Origin: an uncultured cyanobacterium
Lineage (GTDB): Bacteria > Cyanobacteriota > Cyanobacteriia > Cyanobacteriales > Cyanobacteriaceae
Assembly: GCA_963710605.1 (NCBI GenBank)
Contig: CAVQBA010000004.1
Span: 288,001 to 352,000 of the forward strand
Reading direction: 5' to 3'
DNA length: 64,000 nucleotides
Within the stretch, counting starts at the first letter, position 1. Every line of letters starts with the position of its first letter. Made by a program: the position numbers and the translations under genes. Positions 22,565-34,645 of this stretch are shown here, piece by piece. The notes under the pieces are model-generated. The model saw only the letters and a list, made by a program, of their open reading frames with translations. It searched no databases and was not told the origin of the DNA.

Positions 22565-23992
22565 ATGTCGTCAAATAGTCAAGTTAAGATTGATAATCAC
22601 CACAACAATGATAATGGTCAGACAAGAATAGATGACGATTGACAACTTACTCATTCACAACTCTATCTTTGTGCGGTAATTATCGGTATCTTTGGTGGCA
22701 TGGTTGCTACTATTTACTACTTTGTCTTAGAAGCTATGATGCACGGTGTATGGCATACCTTACCTGAAATTTTCAAACCTTATTTTCCTAGTTGGTTTGG
22801 AGTGAATAATTATGTTTTGATAGCTACTACCGTGGGCGGATTTTTGGTCGGTTTAGCTCTTTATTTTTTTGGACTTCCTGGAGAAATGGCTGAAGTAGTC
22901 GATAATATTCACGAGCCAGGTAAAATTGATATTCGTAAAACGCCATCGATGATTGTTACCTCTCTAATTGCGATAACATCTGGCGGAAGTGCAGGTCCTG
23001 AAGCACCCTTAGTTCAAGTCAACGGCAGTTTTGGTAGCTGGTTGGGCGATAAATTAAAACTTACTAAAACTTCAGTCAGAATTCTCACTTTTTGTGGAAT
23101 GAGTGCGGCTTTAGGTGCTTTTTTTGGGGCACCTATTGGGGCGGCTTTATTTGCCTTAGAAATTCCTCATCGCCGAGGTTTACAATATTTTGAAGCGATT
23201 GCTCCTGCTATTATTGCCGCTATATTTTCCTTTACTGTATTTAGACTGAATACGGGTATAACAATCGGTGGTTTATATCATTTTCAAGAAGTTCCCGAAC
23301 TTTCTCCAGAAAACTTATTTGAGGGCTTAATTTTAGGCATAATTGGTGCAGGAATAGCGATCGTATTTATTGTTATCTTTCGACTTATTGGTAAGCTACT
23401 CAAACCTTTAGAACACAATCGAGTTGTTTTGGCAACCATAGGTGGTTTATCGATCGGCTTAATTGCTTTTGCTTTTCCTCAAACTTTATTTTTTAGCGAA
23501 ACACAGATTCAAACTGTTATTGAAACAGGTGCTGGTTTGGGTGCTGGTTTATTGTTAGCGATCGCTATTGCCAAAATGTTTGCGATTAGCTTTACTCTTC
23601 ATTCGGGATTTTTAGGAGGTTTTATCTTTCCATTATTTTTTATCGGTGCGAATGTCGGTTATGCTATTTCTTTGGTAGTACCTCAAGTTCATCCTACTGT
23701 AGGTATGGTTTGTATGATGGCGGCAGTAAACGTAGCAGTAACTAAAACGCCAGTTAGTACCAGTATTATCCTTAGCGTGCTTTCAGGTACGGTAATGTTA
23801 CCAGTAATTGCGATCGCCTCTTTTGTTAGTTTTGTTTTGACTAGTCAAGTTACGATGATTAAAACCCAAAGAAGTCGTGATTTAAAAGAAGTCGATTCTT
23901 CTGATTTAATTATGAAACAAGTAATATTAGTTAAAGAAAATGAAACTATATTTCCTATCTTAAAAAAACTGAAACAATTAGTAAATATCTAA
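22565..23992 (+). CDS. ClC-family chloride channel/transporter; in-frame TGA at 22640-22642
   Basis: GGSAGPEAP, FFGAPIG, GGFIFP. Upstream ATG 22565 is in frame, and a hydrophobic segment precedes the listed Met. Confidence 0.88.
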
Positions 23993-24070
23993 CTTCATCT
24001 GATCTGAATTAGGTTTCGACGTTTCTATCTAGTTATCAAGCTTTTTGTTTGATGAGAAAAAACTTTCAAT

Positions 24071-25058
24071 TCAACTTAAACTTACAACATTATCTAATAA
24101 AATATTTACAGCTTTTACGATTATATCTGGTTCATCTACCCAAACAAAATGACTACTCAAACTAGCTTCTAATTGAAGACTATTTGTAGATAAACTACAT
24201 AATTCTCTGTGCATTTTGTCTCGTAACTTATTAACTGTTTTTAAAGGAACTAAAAAAGTCCAAAAAGAAGGATGAAAAAACGATTTTGATTTGATGTTAA
24301 CGATCGCTATATTTCCTAAATTTTTAACCTGACTCACTTGACGACCACTTTTATTTAAATTAATTATTTCTCTACTCATAGTTATCCAATGTTTGGGACG
24401 AAAAAAAGAACGCTTAATTGGATTAGTACAAGAATGAGAAAACAGCTTTAATTGAGGTTTTAATAATTCAAATAATCCTAACTTTTCAGTTATTCTAATA
24501 ATTCCTAAAATCGAACCTAAAATAGAGATTAAAAAACCCGAAGTAAATAAAAATTTTAATCCTTTCACTAACCAGGGTAAATTAAGCATTTCATTTTCAT
24601 GAAGTCCATCGGTGAAGACAATTCCGACGACGTTTTCAGGAAAAAGATTAGCGTATAATCTGACATTATAACTACCAAAAGAATCTCCCACCAAAATATA
24701 AGGTGGTTCAATTTCTGCTTTTATCAGTAATAGATTTAATTCTTGAGCAATTTGTTTACTTGTGCGGGGTTTATGACTATGACTACTCCAACCATATCCT
24801 GCTCGATCGTAAATCATCACTTTTGTCAGTTTGGATAATCGATCGACTAAAAGATAACCTTCCATTCCACCTAAACTATGATCTAAAATAATTGTTGGTT
24901 CACCAAAATGATTACTTCCTTTAAGACAGTAATGTAGTTGATGTTGATTAATATCAATTAACTTGACCGGGTGGTGGTTGTTTATCTTCTAAAAAAATTG
25001 TCAACCATTGGTAGATAGTTGTAGTAATTAAAATAATAGCTTGTATTGAAATAGGCAT
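24071..25058 (-). CDS. Alpha/beta hydrolase; frameshift near 24963
   Basis: YDRAGYGWS, GDSFG nucleophile elbow, SSHFVW; upstream MPISIQ...PPPG / LIDINQHQLHY...LDHSLGG. Confidence 0.8.
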
Positions 25059-25066
25059 AATTGAAG

Positions 25067-25648
25067 TTAAAAAGTTCTTTCCCACCAAGGTTTTTGCAAA
25101 CTCGGATATAGTTTGGTTGCTTTGGTTATTAATTGAGCAACAATTTCAGCAGGAAATAACCTACCATCAAGAGTAATTACATTTTCTTTTGCTGTAATAG
25201 GTTCAAAAGATTCTAGTTGACTATTCAGCATTTCAGACTTCATATAATGATCCGATCTATACTCTAGTCTATGTTCTAAATCTTTTTTAGGTACGTCAAG
25301 CCAGACTAATTGTACTCGCGATGAAACGCTCAGTTGTTGGCGATAAGCAACTTTTAAAGCCGAACAAGTTACCACCGTTTCCAAATTACGATCGACTGCT
25401 CTTTGAATATCTTCTTGCATCCTTTTGAGCCATTGAGTACGATCGTCATCGTTTAAAGGTTGATGAGAGTGCATCTTGGTAATATTCGATAATGGATGTC
25501 GTCGATCGCCTTCATTAAAATCACATTCTAGTTTTTCAGCAAAAAGCCGACCAATAACTGTTTTTCCTGAACCCGAAACCCCGATAATTACCCACACTAA
25601 AGGGCATTCATTCTTCATCTTTCTTTTCAAAATATCAATAAGATTCAA
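25067..25648 (-). CDS. gntK: Gluconokinase (GntK/IdnK type)
   Basis: GVSGSGKT, EGD..HP, PLNDDDR, CSALK, ML.SQ. Confidence 0.88.
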   Translation of the reverse strand: MNLIDILKRKMKNECPLVWVIIGVSGSGKTVIGRLFAEKLECDFNEGDRRHPLSNITKMHSHQPLNDDDRTQWLKRMQEDIQRAVDRNLETVVTCSALKVAYRQQLSVSSRVQLVWLDVPKKDLEHRLEYRSDHYMKSEMLNSQLESFEPITAKENVITLDGRLFPAEIVAQLITKATKLYPSLQKPWWERTF

Positions 25649-25967
25649 TCATAACTCATCACATACGTTAAAGAATAATTACTAATTTAGCCAAAAATAT
25701 TAACTATATAACTCTACTTCTAAAATATTTAATTGATTTTATTCTCGGATTTAAAAATGAATAGATACGGGAAAATATCGATCGATAATAATGTAAAAAC
25801 AAAGCATACCTTGTCTTTACCAATAAACCATTAATTTTTGACTCATTAAAAACACAAAAATATAAATAATTAATTTAAATGAACAAAATTAGCCTAAATT
25901 CAATAGCACATTTGTCATGCTATATACTTGAGAAAAACCCTTTCAAATAAATAATTGATGTAAGATT

Positions 25968-26852
25968 ATGTTTGGAGCAAATCAATTTAAAACAGCGGCT
26001 CTTTTAGGGCTATTAAGTGGTATTTTAGTTTTGGGTGGTTATTGGGCAACAGGTACACCACAAGGAGCATTACTCGGATTAGCTTTTGCTACCGTGACTA
26101 GTTTTGGCTCTTGGTTTTTCTCAGACAAAATTGCCCTCGCTTCGTATAAAGCACAGCCTATTACTCGTGAACAAGCACCAGAATTATATGATCTGGTTGC
26201 TGACTTAGCACAAAAGGCTGATTTACCAATGCCTCAAGTTTGTCTTGTACCTACCAAAACTCCTAACGCTTTCGCTACAGGTAGAGATCCAAATCACGCC
26301 GCAGTAGCGGTAACCCAAGGAATTATGGAAATTTTAGATAAAGACGAGTTAGCAGGAGTGATTGCTCACGAGTTAACTCATGTTAAAAATCGTGATACTT
26401 TAACTCAAGCCGTTGCAGGTACATTAGGCGGGGCGATTACTTTTTTGGGTAGAATCCTTTCGTTTGGCACAATGTACGGCCCTGTTAGTCGAGATAATCG
26501 TCGAGGTGGAAATCCTTTAGGGGCATTGATTTTGGTTCTACTTGCACCTTTAGCGGCAACGATTATTCAAATGGCTATTTCTCGTACACGTGAGTTTTCA
26601 GCCGATCGAGGTTCAGCCGAAATTACGGGCAAACCATTAGCTTTAGCTAGTGCTTTAAAGAAATTAGAATCGATCGGTAAACAAATACCAATGAATAATA
26701 ATCCTGCTTTTGAACCATTATTAATTATGAATCCTTTTGCCGGTGGTTTGCAAAACTTGTTTCGTACTCATCCACCGACCGAAAACAGAGTACTTGAACT
26801 TCAGAAAATAGCTCAACAGTTACAATCTTCTGGTAACACACAGTTAACCTAA
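25968..26852 (+). CDS. htpX: Zinc metalloprotease HtpX
   Basis: PNAFATG, HELTH, ISRTREFSAD, THPP. Confidence 0.95.
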   Translation: MFGANQFKTAALLGLLSGILVLGGYWATGTPQGALLGLAFATVTSFGSWFFSDKIALASYKAQPITREQAPELYDLVADLAQKADLPMPQVCLVPTKTPNAFATGRDPNHAAVAVTQGIMEILDKDELAGVIAHELTHVKNRDTLTQAVAGTLGGAITFLGRILSFGTMYGPVSRDNRRGGNPLGALILVLLAPLAATIIQMAISRTREFSADRGSAEITGKPLALASALKKLESIGKQIPMNNNPAFEPLLIMNPFAGGLQNLFRTHPPTENRVLELQKIAQQLQSSGNTQLT

Positions 26853-26939
26853 TAAAAGTTAATTAATAATAAACGATCGTATTGACACAAGAAAAACAAG
26901 TAGGAAGCGGTTGAGTTTCAAAACGATCGATATCTAAAC

Positions 26940-27012
26940 TATAGCAGTAAACGAGTTGTTTTAAACAGTTGAATCGATTTCCCCTCCTTTAAAGGAGGGG
27001 TTAGGGGTGGTG
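26940..27012 (+). repeat. Family B repeat copy
   Basis: Near-identical to 18353-18426. Confidence 0.8.
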
Positions 27013-27151
27013 AAGATATTCTAACTTATTCGTTTGAATAAAATAAAAAAAGAGTAGATTTTAACCAATCATTAACGATCGATTAAAATTTACTCTTATT
27101 TGTTGATAAAAAAGCGAGAAAACTTGCTTTTTAAAAAGTCTATTCGGTTAT

Positions 27152-29326
27152 TTATTTGATGAATAACATTTCTTGATAAGTAGGTAATGGCCAACAACAA
27201 TCAGCTACTTCAGCTTCTAAAGTATCAGCATAACCACGAACTTCATCCATCAAAGTACGAACATCATGAGCAAAATACTGCATATGCGCTTCAGTAGATT
27301 CAAAATCTTCTTTCTCGATCGCACTTTCTAGTTTATTAACAGAAGTCATCATCGAGTTAGTAACATCAGCAACTTTTTCAGCAACTTCTTTTCCTAAAGC
27401 AATTCCTAAGCCAGTCACACTAGAAATAGTAGAAGTAAGTTGAGATAAATATTCGATTGCCGCAGGATAAATCAAAGTTTTCGCCATCGAAACAACTAAT
27501 TTAGCTTCAACTTCGATCGATAAAATATATTGCTCAGAATAAACTTCAAAACGACTTTCTAACTCAACAGGAGTCAAAACACCAGTTTTTTCAAATAATT
27601 CTTCAACATTATCAGCTTTAAGGTATGGTAAAGCATCAGCAGTAGTAGGTAGATTGAGTAAACCTCTTTCTTCTACAGCCATTTTATGCCATTCGTCAGA
27701 ATAACCATCACCACCAAAGATAACAGCACCATCCTCATCCATGATTTCTTTGAGTACAGTGATAATCGCTTTATTAATATCGCTGCCACCAGATAATTCG
27801 CTTTCTAAACGATTACCAATCCAAGTTAAAGAATCAGCTAACATGGTGTTGAGAACGATTAATGGCCCTGCGACAGATTGAGCTGAACCAACAGCACGGA
27901 ATTCAAATCTGTTACCAGTAAAAGCAAAAGGAGAAGTACGGTTTCTATCTCCTGCATCTTTGGTCAAATCAGGTAATACAGCTACACCCAAATCCATTTT
28001 GCCTTTTTTCTTAGAACCAGTTAAGCTACCATTTTTAATTTGGTCATATACTTCTTCTAACTGAGTACCTAGATATACAGACATAATCGCAGGAGGTGCT
28101 TCGTTTGCTCCTAATCTGTGGTCATTACTAGCAGTAGCGATCGCCGCACGCATAAGTGGACCAAACTTGTGTACACCACGAATAACCGCACCACAGAAGA
28201 CTAAAAACTGAGTATTGTCATGAGGAGAATCACCCGGGTCAAGTAAATTACCTTGAGTAGCATTACCAACTGACCAGTTAACGTGTTTACCAGAACCATT
28301 AATTCCTGCAAAAGGTTTTTCGTGTAGTAAACAAACAAAACCATGTTTTTTAGCAGTATGACGTAGAGTTGTCATCAATAACTGTTGATGGTCACTAGCG
28401 ACGTTAGCTGATTCAAAGAAAGGAGCAATTTCAAATTGTCCGGGAGCAACTTCATTGTGTCTAGTTTTAGCAGGAATACCTAACTTGTAAAGTTGTTCTT
28501 CAACGTCTTGCATGAACACTTGTACTCTTTCAGGAATTGCACCAAAATAATGGTCATCAAATTGTTGACCTTTAGCGGGGGCTTTACCAAATAAAGTTCT
28601 ACCAGCTAAAAGTAAGTCAGGGCGTTGAGCCGCAAAATTGGTATCAATTAAGAAGTATTCTTGTTCTGCACCACAACTAGAATTAACACGAGCAATATCA
28701 GTATGTCCTAAAAGACTCAATACTTTATTCGCCGCTTTATCCATTGCTGAGATAGAGCGTAATAAAGGTACTTTTTTATCTAACGCTTCTCCCGTCCAAG
28801 AAACAAATACTGTAGGAATACACAAGGTAGCACCGTTATCGGTTTCCATGACATACGCTGGAGAAGTGACATCCCAACCTGTATATCCTCTAGCTTCAAA
28901 TGTACCTCTTAAACCACCATTAGGGAATGAAGAGCCATCAGGTTCACCTTGAACTAAAATTTTACCGGAAAATTCAGAAATAACTCTACCGTCACTTTGA
29001 ACAGAAATAAAACCATCGTGTTTTTCAGCGGTGGAGTTTGTCATGGGGTAAAAAACGTGAGCGTAATATAACGCTCCTTTAGACATCGCCCAATCTCTCA
29101 TGGCTGTAGCGATAGCATCGGCGATCGAGATATCGATCGGTTCACCACTGATAATTGTTTTTTTGACTGACTTAAATATATGTTTAGGAAGAGTCGCCTG
29201 CATTTTGTCGAGGGTAAATACATTTTGCCCCCAAATTGCATCTAGACTAGGAGATTCTTTAGCAAACTTTGGTTCACGACTAACAATTTTCTCGATTGCT
29301 TGGAGACGACAGTCATTTTTACTCAT
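27152..29326 (-). CDS. glnN: Glutamine synthetase type III
   Basis: 724 aa; QGEPDGSSFP, GAEQEYF, HNEVAPGQFE, RNRTSPFAFTGNRFEFR, WPLPTY. Confidence 0.96.
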   Translation of the reverse strand: MSKNDCRLQAIEKIVSREPKFAKESPSLDAIWGQNVFTLDKMQATLPKHIFKSVKKTIISGEPIDISIADAIATAMRDWAMSKGALYYAHVFYPMTNSTAEKHDGFISVQSDGRVISEFSGKILVQGEPDGSSFPNGGLRGTFEARGYTGWDVTSPAYVMETDNGATLCIPTVFVSWTGEALDKKVPLLRSISAMDKAANKVLSLLGHTDIARVNSSCGAEQEYFLIDTNFAAQRPDLLLAGRTLFGKAPAKGQQFDDHYFGAIPERVQVFMQDVEEQLYKLGIPAKTRHNEVAPGQFEIAPFFESANVASDHQQLLMTTLRHTAKKHGFVCLLHEKPFAGINGSGKHVNWSVGNATQGNLLDPGDSPHDNTQFLVFCGAVIRGVHKFGPLMRAAIATASNDHRLGANEAPPAIMSVYLGTQLEEVYDQIKNGSLTGSKKKGKMDLGVAVLPDLTKDAGDRNRTSPFAFTGNRFEFRAVGSAQSVAGPLIVLNTMLADSLTWIGNRLESELSGGSDINKAIITVLKEIMDEDGAVIFGGDGYSDEWHKMAVEERGLLNLPTTADALPYLKADNVEELFEKTGVLTPVELESRFEVYSEQYILSIEVEAKLVVSMAKTLIYPAAIEYLSQLTSTISSVTGLGIALGKEVAEKVADVTNSMMTSVNKLESAIEKEDFESTEAHMQYFAHDVRTLMDEVRGYADTLEAEVADCCWPLPTYQEMLFIK

Positions 29327-29390
29327 GATTATTTATTTATACTGCTTAAAGTAGTTGAATATATATTCTGACTTTTATGGATAGACTATC

Positions 29391-29432
29391 AATATACGCA
29401 ACTTTAATCGGGATATTTGTTATATTAGATAC
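29391..29432 (-). promoter_or_regulatory. NtcA-type promoter for glnN
   Basis: Minus strand GTA-TCTAATAT-AAC (one mismatch to GTA-N8-TAC), then exactly 22 nt, then TATATT (TAN3T -10 box). Confidence 0.7.
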
Positions 29433-29671
29433 AAAAAAATTGCCTTTGGTTAACTACTCATTATCAACTAACAGACAACGGTAAATAGATAAGAGTCAAG
29501 AGCGTTTGTCTCTAATACGATCGAACAATGATTAATTAATAATTAATGATCGATTATGGTTCGGTTATTTGTCCGCTATTGATTCCTATTTAATGTTACG
29601 ATTTGATAAATTTGGCTATTTATTGTAGCCGTATCTGTATTTTTTAAAATTTATCTTTGACCTAGTTTATA

Positions 29672-30667
29672 ATGCGAGTAACCAATCAAAAACAACAAGT
29701 TGAGATTCAATATTCAGATAGTTTTGCTTCTGCTACTGATAATGGTCAAGATGTAATAGCAGGGTTAACTAGTCAGGCAAAAACTCTACCACCAAAATAC
29801 TTTTACGATTGATTTGGCTCAGAATTATTTGAACAAATTTGTCTTTTACCTGAATATTATCCTACTCGTACAGAAACAGCTATTTTAGAAGAAGTTAGCA
29901 CCACAATAGCTAAAACAACTGATATTTGTGAATTAATTGAATTAGGTAGTGGTAGCTCAACTAAAACTCGTTTTTTGTTATCCGCTTATGAAAAACTGGC
30001 TCAACCATTACGATACATACCGATCGATGTTAGTGGTGAAATGCTGAAACAGACAGCTTTGCAACTAGGTCAAGAATATAATAATCTTTCTATTTTAGGT
30101 TTAGTAGGCACTTACGAACAAGCCTTATCTCAATTGCCTTCTTCTTCCTCTACTCCTCGAATGGTAATTTTTTTAGGAAGTACATTAGGAAATTTTACTC
30201 AAACCCAAAGTGATCAATTATTTGAGCAAGTCAAAAAAATACTTAAGCCAGGAGATTATTTTTTACTAGGAATCGATTTACACAAGTCAACAAATATTTT
30301 AGAAGCCGCATATAACGACAAACAGGGCATAACAGCTAAATTTAATTTGAATATGTTGTCTCATCTTAATCAGCGTTTTGATGGTAACTTTAATCTTGAT
30401 TTATTTGAACATCAAGCTATTTATGACCAACAAAAACAAGAAATTAAAATGTATTTATCAGCTCAAAAAGAACATCAAGTTCGTTTAGAAAAACTAGATT
30501 TAGACATTCATTTTACTCAAAACGAATCTATTCTAACTGAAATATCACGCAAGTTTGAAATTACTCAAATGTTAAAATATTTAGCTCAATATAAACTAAA
30601 CGAGATACAGTCTTGGACAGATAAAAATAATTTATTTGGTTTAGTGTTAACTCAAGTCGGTGAATAA
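29672..30667 (+). CDS. egtD: L-histidine N-alpha-methyltransferase EgtD; in-frame TGA at 29810-29812
   Basis: KTLPPKYFYD*FGSELFEQIC.LPEYYPTRTE, ELGSGSSTKT, FLGSTLGN, AYND..GITA.FN, TEISRK. Confidence 0.92.
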
Positions 30668-30816
30668 TAATTAACAATTAAGTAAATAGAAAAAAAGCAA
30701 TTACACAATAACTTGTATCAAGTAATGTCATAATTTGACTATGGTAGTTAGTTATCAAAATCAACTACTTAATTGGTTATTTCAATTCTTGTCGCTAAAC
30801 TTTAAAAAACAAAAAA

Positions 30817-31156
30817 ATGTTATTTTTACGCAAAATCACGATCGTTTTTAGTATCTTATTTTTAAGTTTGAGTATACAACTAAATCCTGTTTTCGCTAGT
30901 ATTCAACTTGATGAGCAATATCAAGCCACCAAAACTTGCCAAGCTGTTAAATCAATTAGAATGGGCAGAAACCCCGGAAATATCCATCTAACTAAAGATA
31001 AAATTTATCATGTTATAGCCAAAGATCGTAATAACGAATCTCATTATCTAATTGAAATGCCCGAGACAAGATATTAGCCCTTCAGTACGTTGGATTGCCA
31101 AAAATTGTGGTGAATTTGTGAATGTTGATTCGATTAATTCAGTTAATAAAAATTAA
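30817..31156 (+). CDS. Small secreted protein, frameshift near 31065
   Basis: Signal peptide; ATKTCQAVKSIRMGRNPGN; shifted frame continues RWIAKNCG to a stop at 31156. Confidence 0.55.
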
Positions 31157-31242
31157 TATTAAAAAAATGTCTGTTATCGGTTAAATTAACGATCGAGGGA
31201 ATTAAAATAGAAAATATAATTAACGATTCCACGATACCACTA

Positions 31243-31461
31243 ATGAAAAAAAGTATCGACTTACCTTTTGCTTCAAAGAAAAAAAAGTGGCACTTACTTC
31301 CGTTTGTTGCTTTAGGAATATTAGTTTTTGCTCAAACATCAGCATTAGAATTAAACTATTTTATCAAAACTTCTTTACTTGTAATGGAGCTGAAACTAAC
31401 TTTTTTGGTTATTTATTGGTTAGTTATTTCTCAACCAAAAAACGATCGTTCTTCCGAATAA
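31243..31461 (+). CDS. Small two-TM hypothetical protein
   Basis: 72 aa with two hydrophobic segments. Confidence 0.55.
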   Translation: MKKSIDLPFASKKKKWHLLPFVALGILVFAQTSALELNYFIKTSLLVMELKLTFLVIYWLVISQPKNDRSSE

Positions 31462-31625
31462 AAAATAATTTAATTAGCAATTATCTTTACTGAAAAACAA
31501 AAATATATATCTTTAAACTAGTTCTTTCTTAATTTTAATTGATTAACAAAAAAGCAAATTTTGCTACTATTTTTAGTAGATAAACTTGCTTAATTTAATA
31601 ATTATTATCAGTACTATCTATTGTT

Positions 31626-31973
31626 ATGAAAAATAAATTTGTAGCACTATTACTAACCTTCTTTTTTGGTTATTTAGGGATTCATAAGTTTTATTTAGGG
31701 CGAAAACAGGCAGGAATATTATACTTATTATTTTTTTGGACTTATATTCCCTTTCTTCTATCTATCTTCGATTTTATCGGCTTACTCTTAATCTCCGAGC
31801 AAAATTTTAACCTTCAATATAATCTGCAATCTTCTCCTAAACAAAAAACTCTTAATTATGATGCCAGACATCATATTGCTAATTTAAAACAATTGAAAGA
31901 TTTGTATGATTTAGGAATTATTACCGCCGACGAATATGAACAAAAACGGCGTAAATTTCTTGATTTATTATAA
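31626..31973 (+). CDS. TM2/NINE domain protein with C-terminal SHOCT
   Basis: ALLLTFFFGYLGIHKFYLG; LKQLKDLYDLGIITADEYEQKR. Confidence 0.88.
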   Translation: MKNKFVALLLTFFFGYLGIHKFYLGRKQAGILYLLFFWTYIPFLLSIFDFIGLLLISEQNFNLQYNLQSSPKQKTLNYDARHHIANLKQLKDLYDLGIITADEYEQKRRKFLDLL

Positions 31974-32016
31974 TATACGATCACGATCGTATTCTTTTGT
32001 AAAAGGATAGTTACAA

Positions 32017-32259
32017 GTGTCTAAAACTAACTGGTTTGAACAGATTCCTCAGTGGATATGGTTGTCATTTATCCCCGTCATCGGTGGTGTTGCTCATATT
32101 TATGCAGGTTGGCAAACAAAAAAAATCAAATGGATGTATTGGGGTGGTGGTTTTATTGTTGGTTCGATCGTTTTAGGTCATTTTATCCCTCATTTATCAT
32201 TTTTGATTTGGACAGGGCAAATTGTTACCGCTTATACATTTGTTGTTAAATTCACTTGA
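32017..32259 (+). CDS. Membrane protein, possibly a 3'-truncated gene
   Basis: 80 aa, Trp-rich TM helices; ends abruptly before the accessory segment. Confidence 0.5.
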   Translation: MSKTNWFEQIPQWIWLSFIPVIGGVAHIYAGWQTKKIKWMYWGGGFIVGSIVLGHFIPHLSFLIWTGQIVTAYTFVVKFT

Positions 32260-32401
32260 AAACTTGTATGATACATCGATCGATATGAGTAATAATCTTG
32301 ATTATAGTTACTGACTAAAACGATCGTGCGTGGTATTTAAAATTAGAGAATAGTAATTGTAATTGATTAAATAAAAAAAGTATCTATTTTAAACTTATTT
32401 T

Positions 32402-34093
32402 TCATGAAGATGATTTTCGTCGTTTGTTTGTAAATTTTCTTATGACATTACGACTAATTTTTGTGAGCCTATTAATTTTCACATTCTTTAAATTAGTACC
32501 ATACAATTTTACGTTTCTTACATTAGCATTTTCTAAATCAGCATTTCTCAAATTAGCATTTCTCAAATTAGCACTTGCTAAGTTAGCTCCGTTCAAAATA
32601 ACATTTTTTAAATTAGCATTTCTTAAATTAGCATTTCTTAAATTAGCACTTTTTAAAATAGCATTTCTTAAATTAGCACCTTTCAAATTAGCATCTTTTA
32701 AATTGACATACTGTAAATCGACAGACTGTAAATTGGCATTTCGTAAATTAGCACTCTCCAAATTGGTACTTATTGAATTAGCACCTTTTAAATTAGCACT
32801 TATTAAATTAGCGTTTTTTAGATTAGTAGATTGTAAATAGGTATTTATTAAATTCACATTTTCTAGATTAGCATTTTCTAAATTCGCATTTTCTAAATTA
32901 GTACCTTTCAAATTAGCGTTTTCTAAATTCGCATTTTCTAAATTAGCCCTTTGTAAATTAGCACCAGATAAATCTACTCTAGATAAATCAACATCAGATA
33001 AATCTACTCGAAATAAATTAGCACCTTTTAAAGCAACACCAGATAAACTAACACCTTTTAAAGTAACACCCGATAAATTGGCATTCATTAAATTAGCATT
33101 TTCCCAATTTACATTTCGTAAATTAGCACCAGATAAATTAGCACCAGATAAATCAATACTAGATAAATTAATCCCAGATAAATTAGCGTTTTGTAAATTA
33201 GCACCTTTTAAATTAACACCAGATAAATCAACACTTTGTAAATTAGCACTAGATAAATCAACACCTTGTAAATTAGCACCATACAAATTAGTATTTTGTA
33301 AATTAACACCATACAAATCAGCATTCTGCAAATTAGCATTTTGTAAATTAGTATTCCTTAAATTTGTACGCCGTAAATTGGCATTTTTCAAATTAGTATT
33401 TTCTAAATTAGTACTTTCTAAGTTAAATCCGTACAAATTAGCATTTTGTAAATTAGTATTTTTTAAATTTTTACCCTGTAAATTAATCTTTTCGAAGTAA
33501 ATATCGCATAATGTAGCTCCTTCTAAATTGACATTATCTAAATTAGTATTATCTAAATTAGTACCTCGTAAAATAGCGTTTTTAAGTTGTGCATTGGTAA
33601 AATCAACATTTTTTAAATCAATATTCTCTAAATTAAGTTCACTAAAATTTGTATATTCGAGATAAATTGTATGATTATTATCTTGTTTCCATTTATTCCA
33701 TACAGATGTGTGATAAGAAATAATTGTTCTTAGTATTTTTTGTTCTTCATCATATCTTCTTCTTTAGAATTCAAAGCTGACAAAATTAATTGTTGAGGTA
33801 TTTCTGGCAGTTTCAACATTTCAATAAATGTTTGCTCGGGCATTTGGGCAAATAAATTAGGATTACTCAAGAAATATAAATCTAAGACAGGATTTGCTAA
33901 TAATTGAGAAGGAAAATTCTTCCCCTAACTCAAATAGTATTTCTAGAGGCGTATTAGGATTATTTACTAAGGCTATTTGAATTTCATGACATAAATAGTG
34001 GTCTTGATAAATTTGTTTTAAACGATTGGGAGATGTGTTTTCGTCCTTTGCTTGTTTGATGAGATTATCTATTTCAAATTCATGCTGATTCAT
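32402..34093 (-). CDS. Large pentapeptide-repeat protein with helical (LRV-like) N-terminal domain; frameshifts near 33755 and 33915
   Basis: A(N/D)Lxx repeats continue in frame from 32402 up to ~33650; N-terminal ALVNNPNTPLEIL and LLANPVLDL motifs. Confidence 0.8.
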
Positions 34094-34341
34094 TTTGAAT
34101 ACAATCAACTTTAGTTTGTTTTCTTTCGATTAGTATAGCTAAATTAAGTAGAACATTATTGTTCACTGCATCTATCAATTACTAATCAAAAGAAAACTAT
34201 CTTCATTACTTTAGTTACTAAATTTGTTACTTGTATGGAATAATAGATTTACAGTTCAGCAGATTAAAATCGGCGATCGAGCATCATACTAGTTTAATTA
34301 AAATGAATAGAGGACTTCAATTTTAATATGATAGCGATCGA

Positions 34342-34645
34342 TTATTTATAAACATCTCCTCAGAGCCAATAACATAATTATCCAATTAGAAGGTTTCGAT
34401 CGACAGTGAAAATAATTCTAATGTTGCCAATTCTAAGACTATAAAACCCTTCCAAAATATCTCCTTTCAGGAGAAATAAAATTTTTTTGCAAATTTAACT
34501 CAGTAAAAGGGTATAGATGAAGTGAAACTTTTTTCTTCGATCGCAACAAATAGTTGTCTAAGTTAATTCTGAATCTTGACAATTGATCTTGAGTTGTAAC
34601 TCGTTGCAAAAATTTAACTGCTTGTTTGCGAAATGTTACCGCCAT
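34342..34645 (-). pseudogene. RelE/ParE-family toxin, frameshifted
   Basis: MAVTFRKQAVKFL...LRIGNIRIIFTVD...IGS-GDVYK* assembled from different frames. Confidence 0.7.

Noticed and set aside
32402-33650. CRISPR-like array from 15/30-nt periodicity
   Set aside because: The periodicity is the pentapeptide-repeat coding pattern. The + strand ORFs 32424-32840 and 33078-33500 are antisense shadows.
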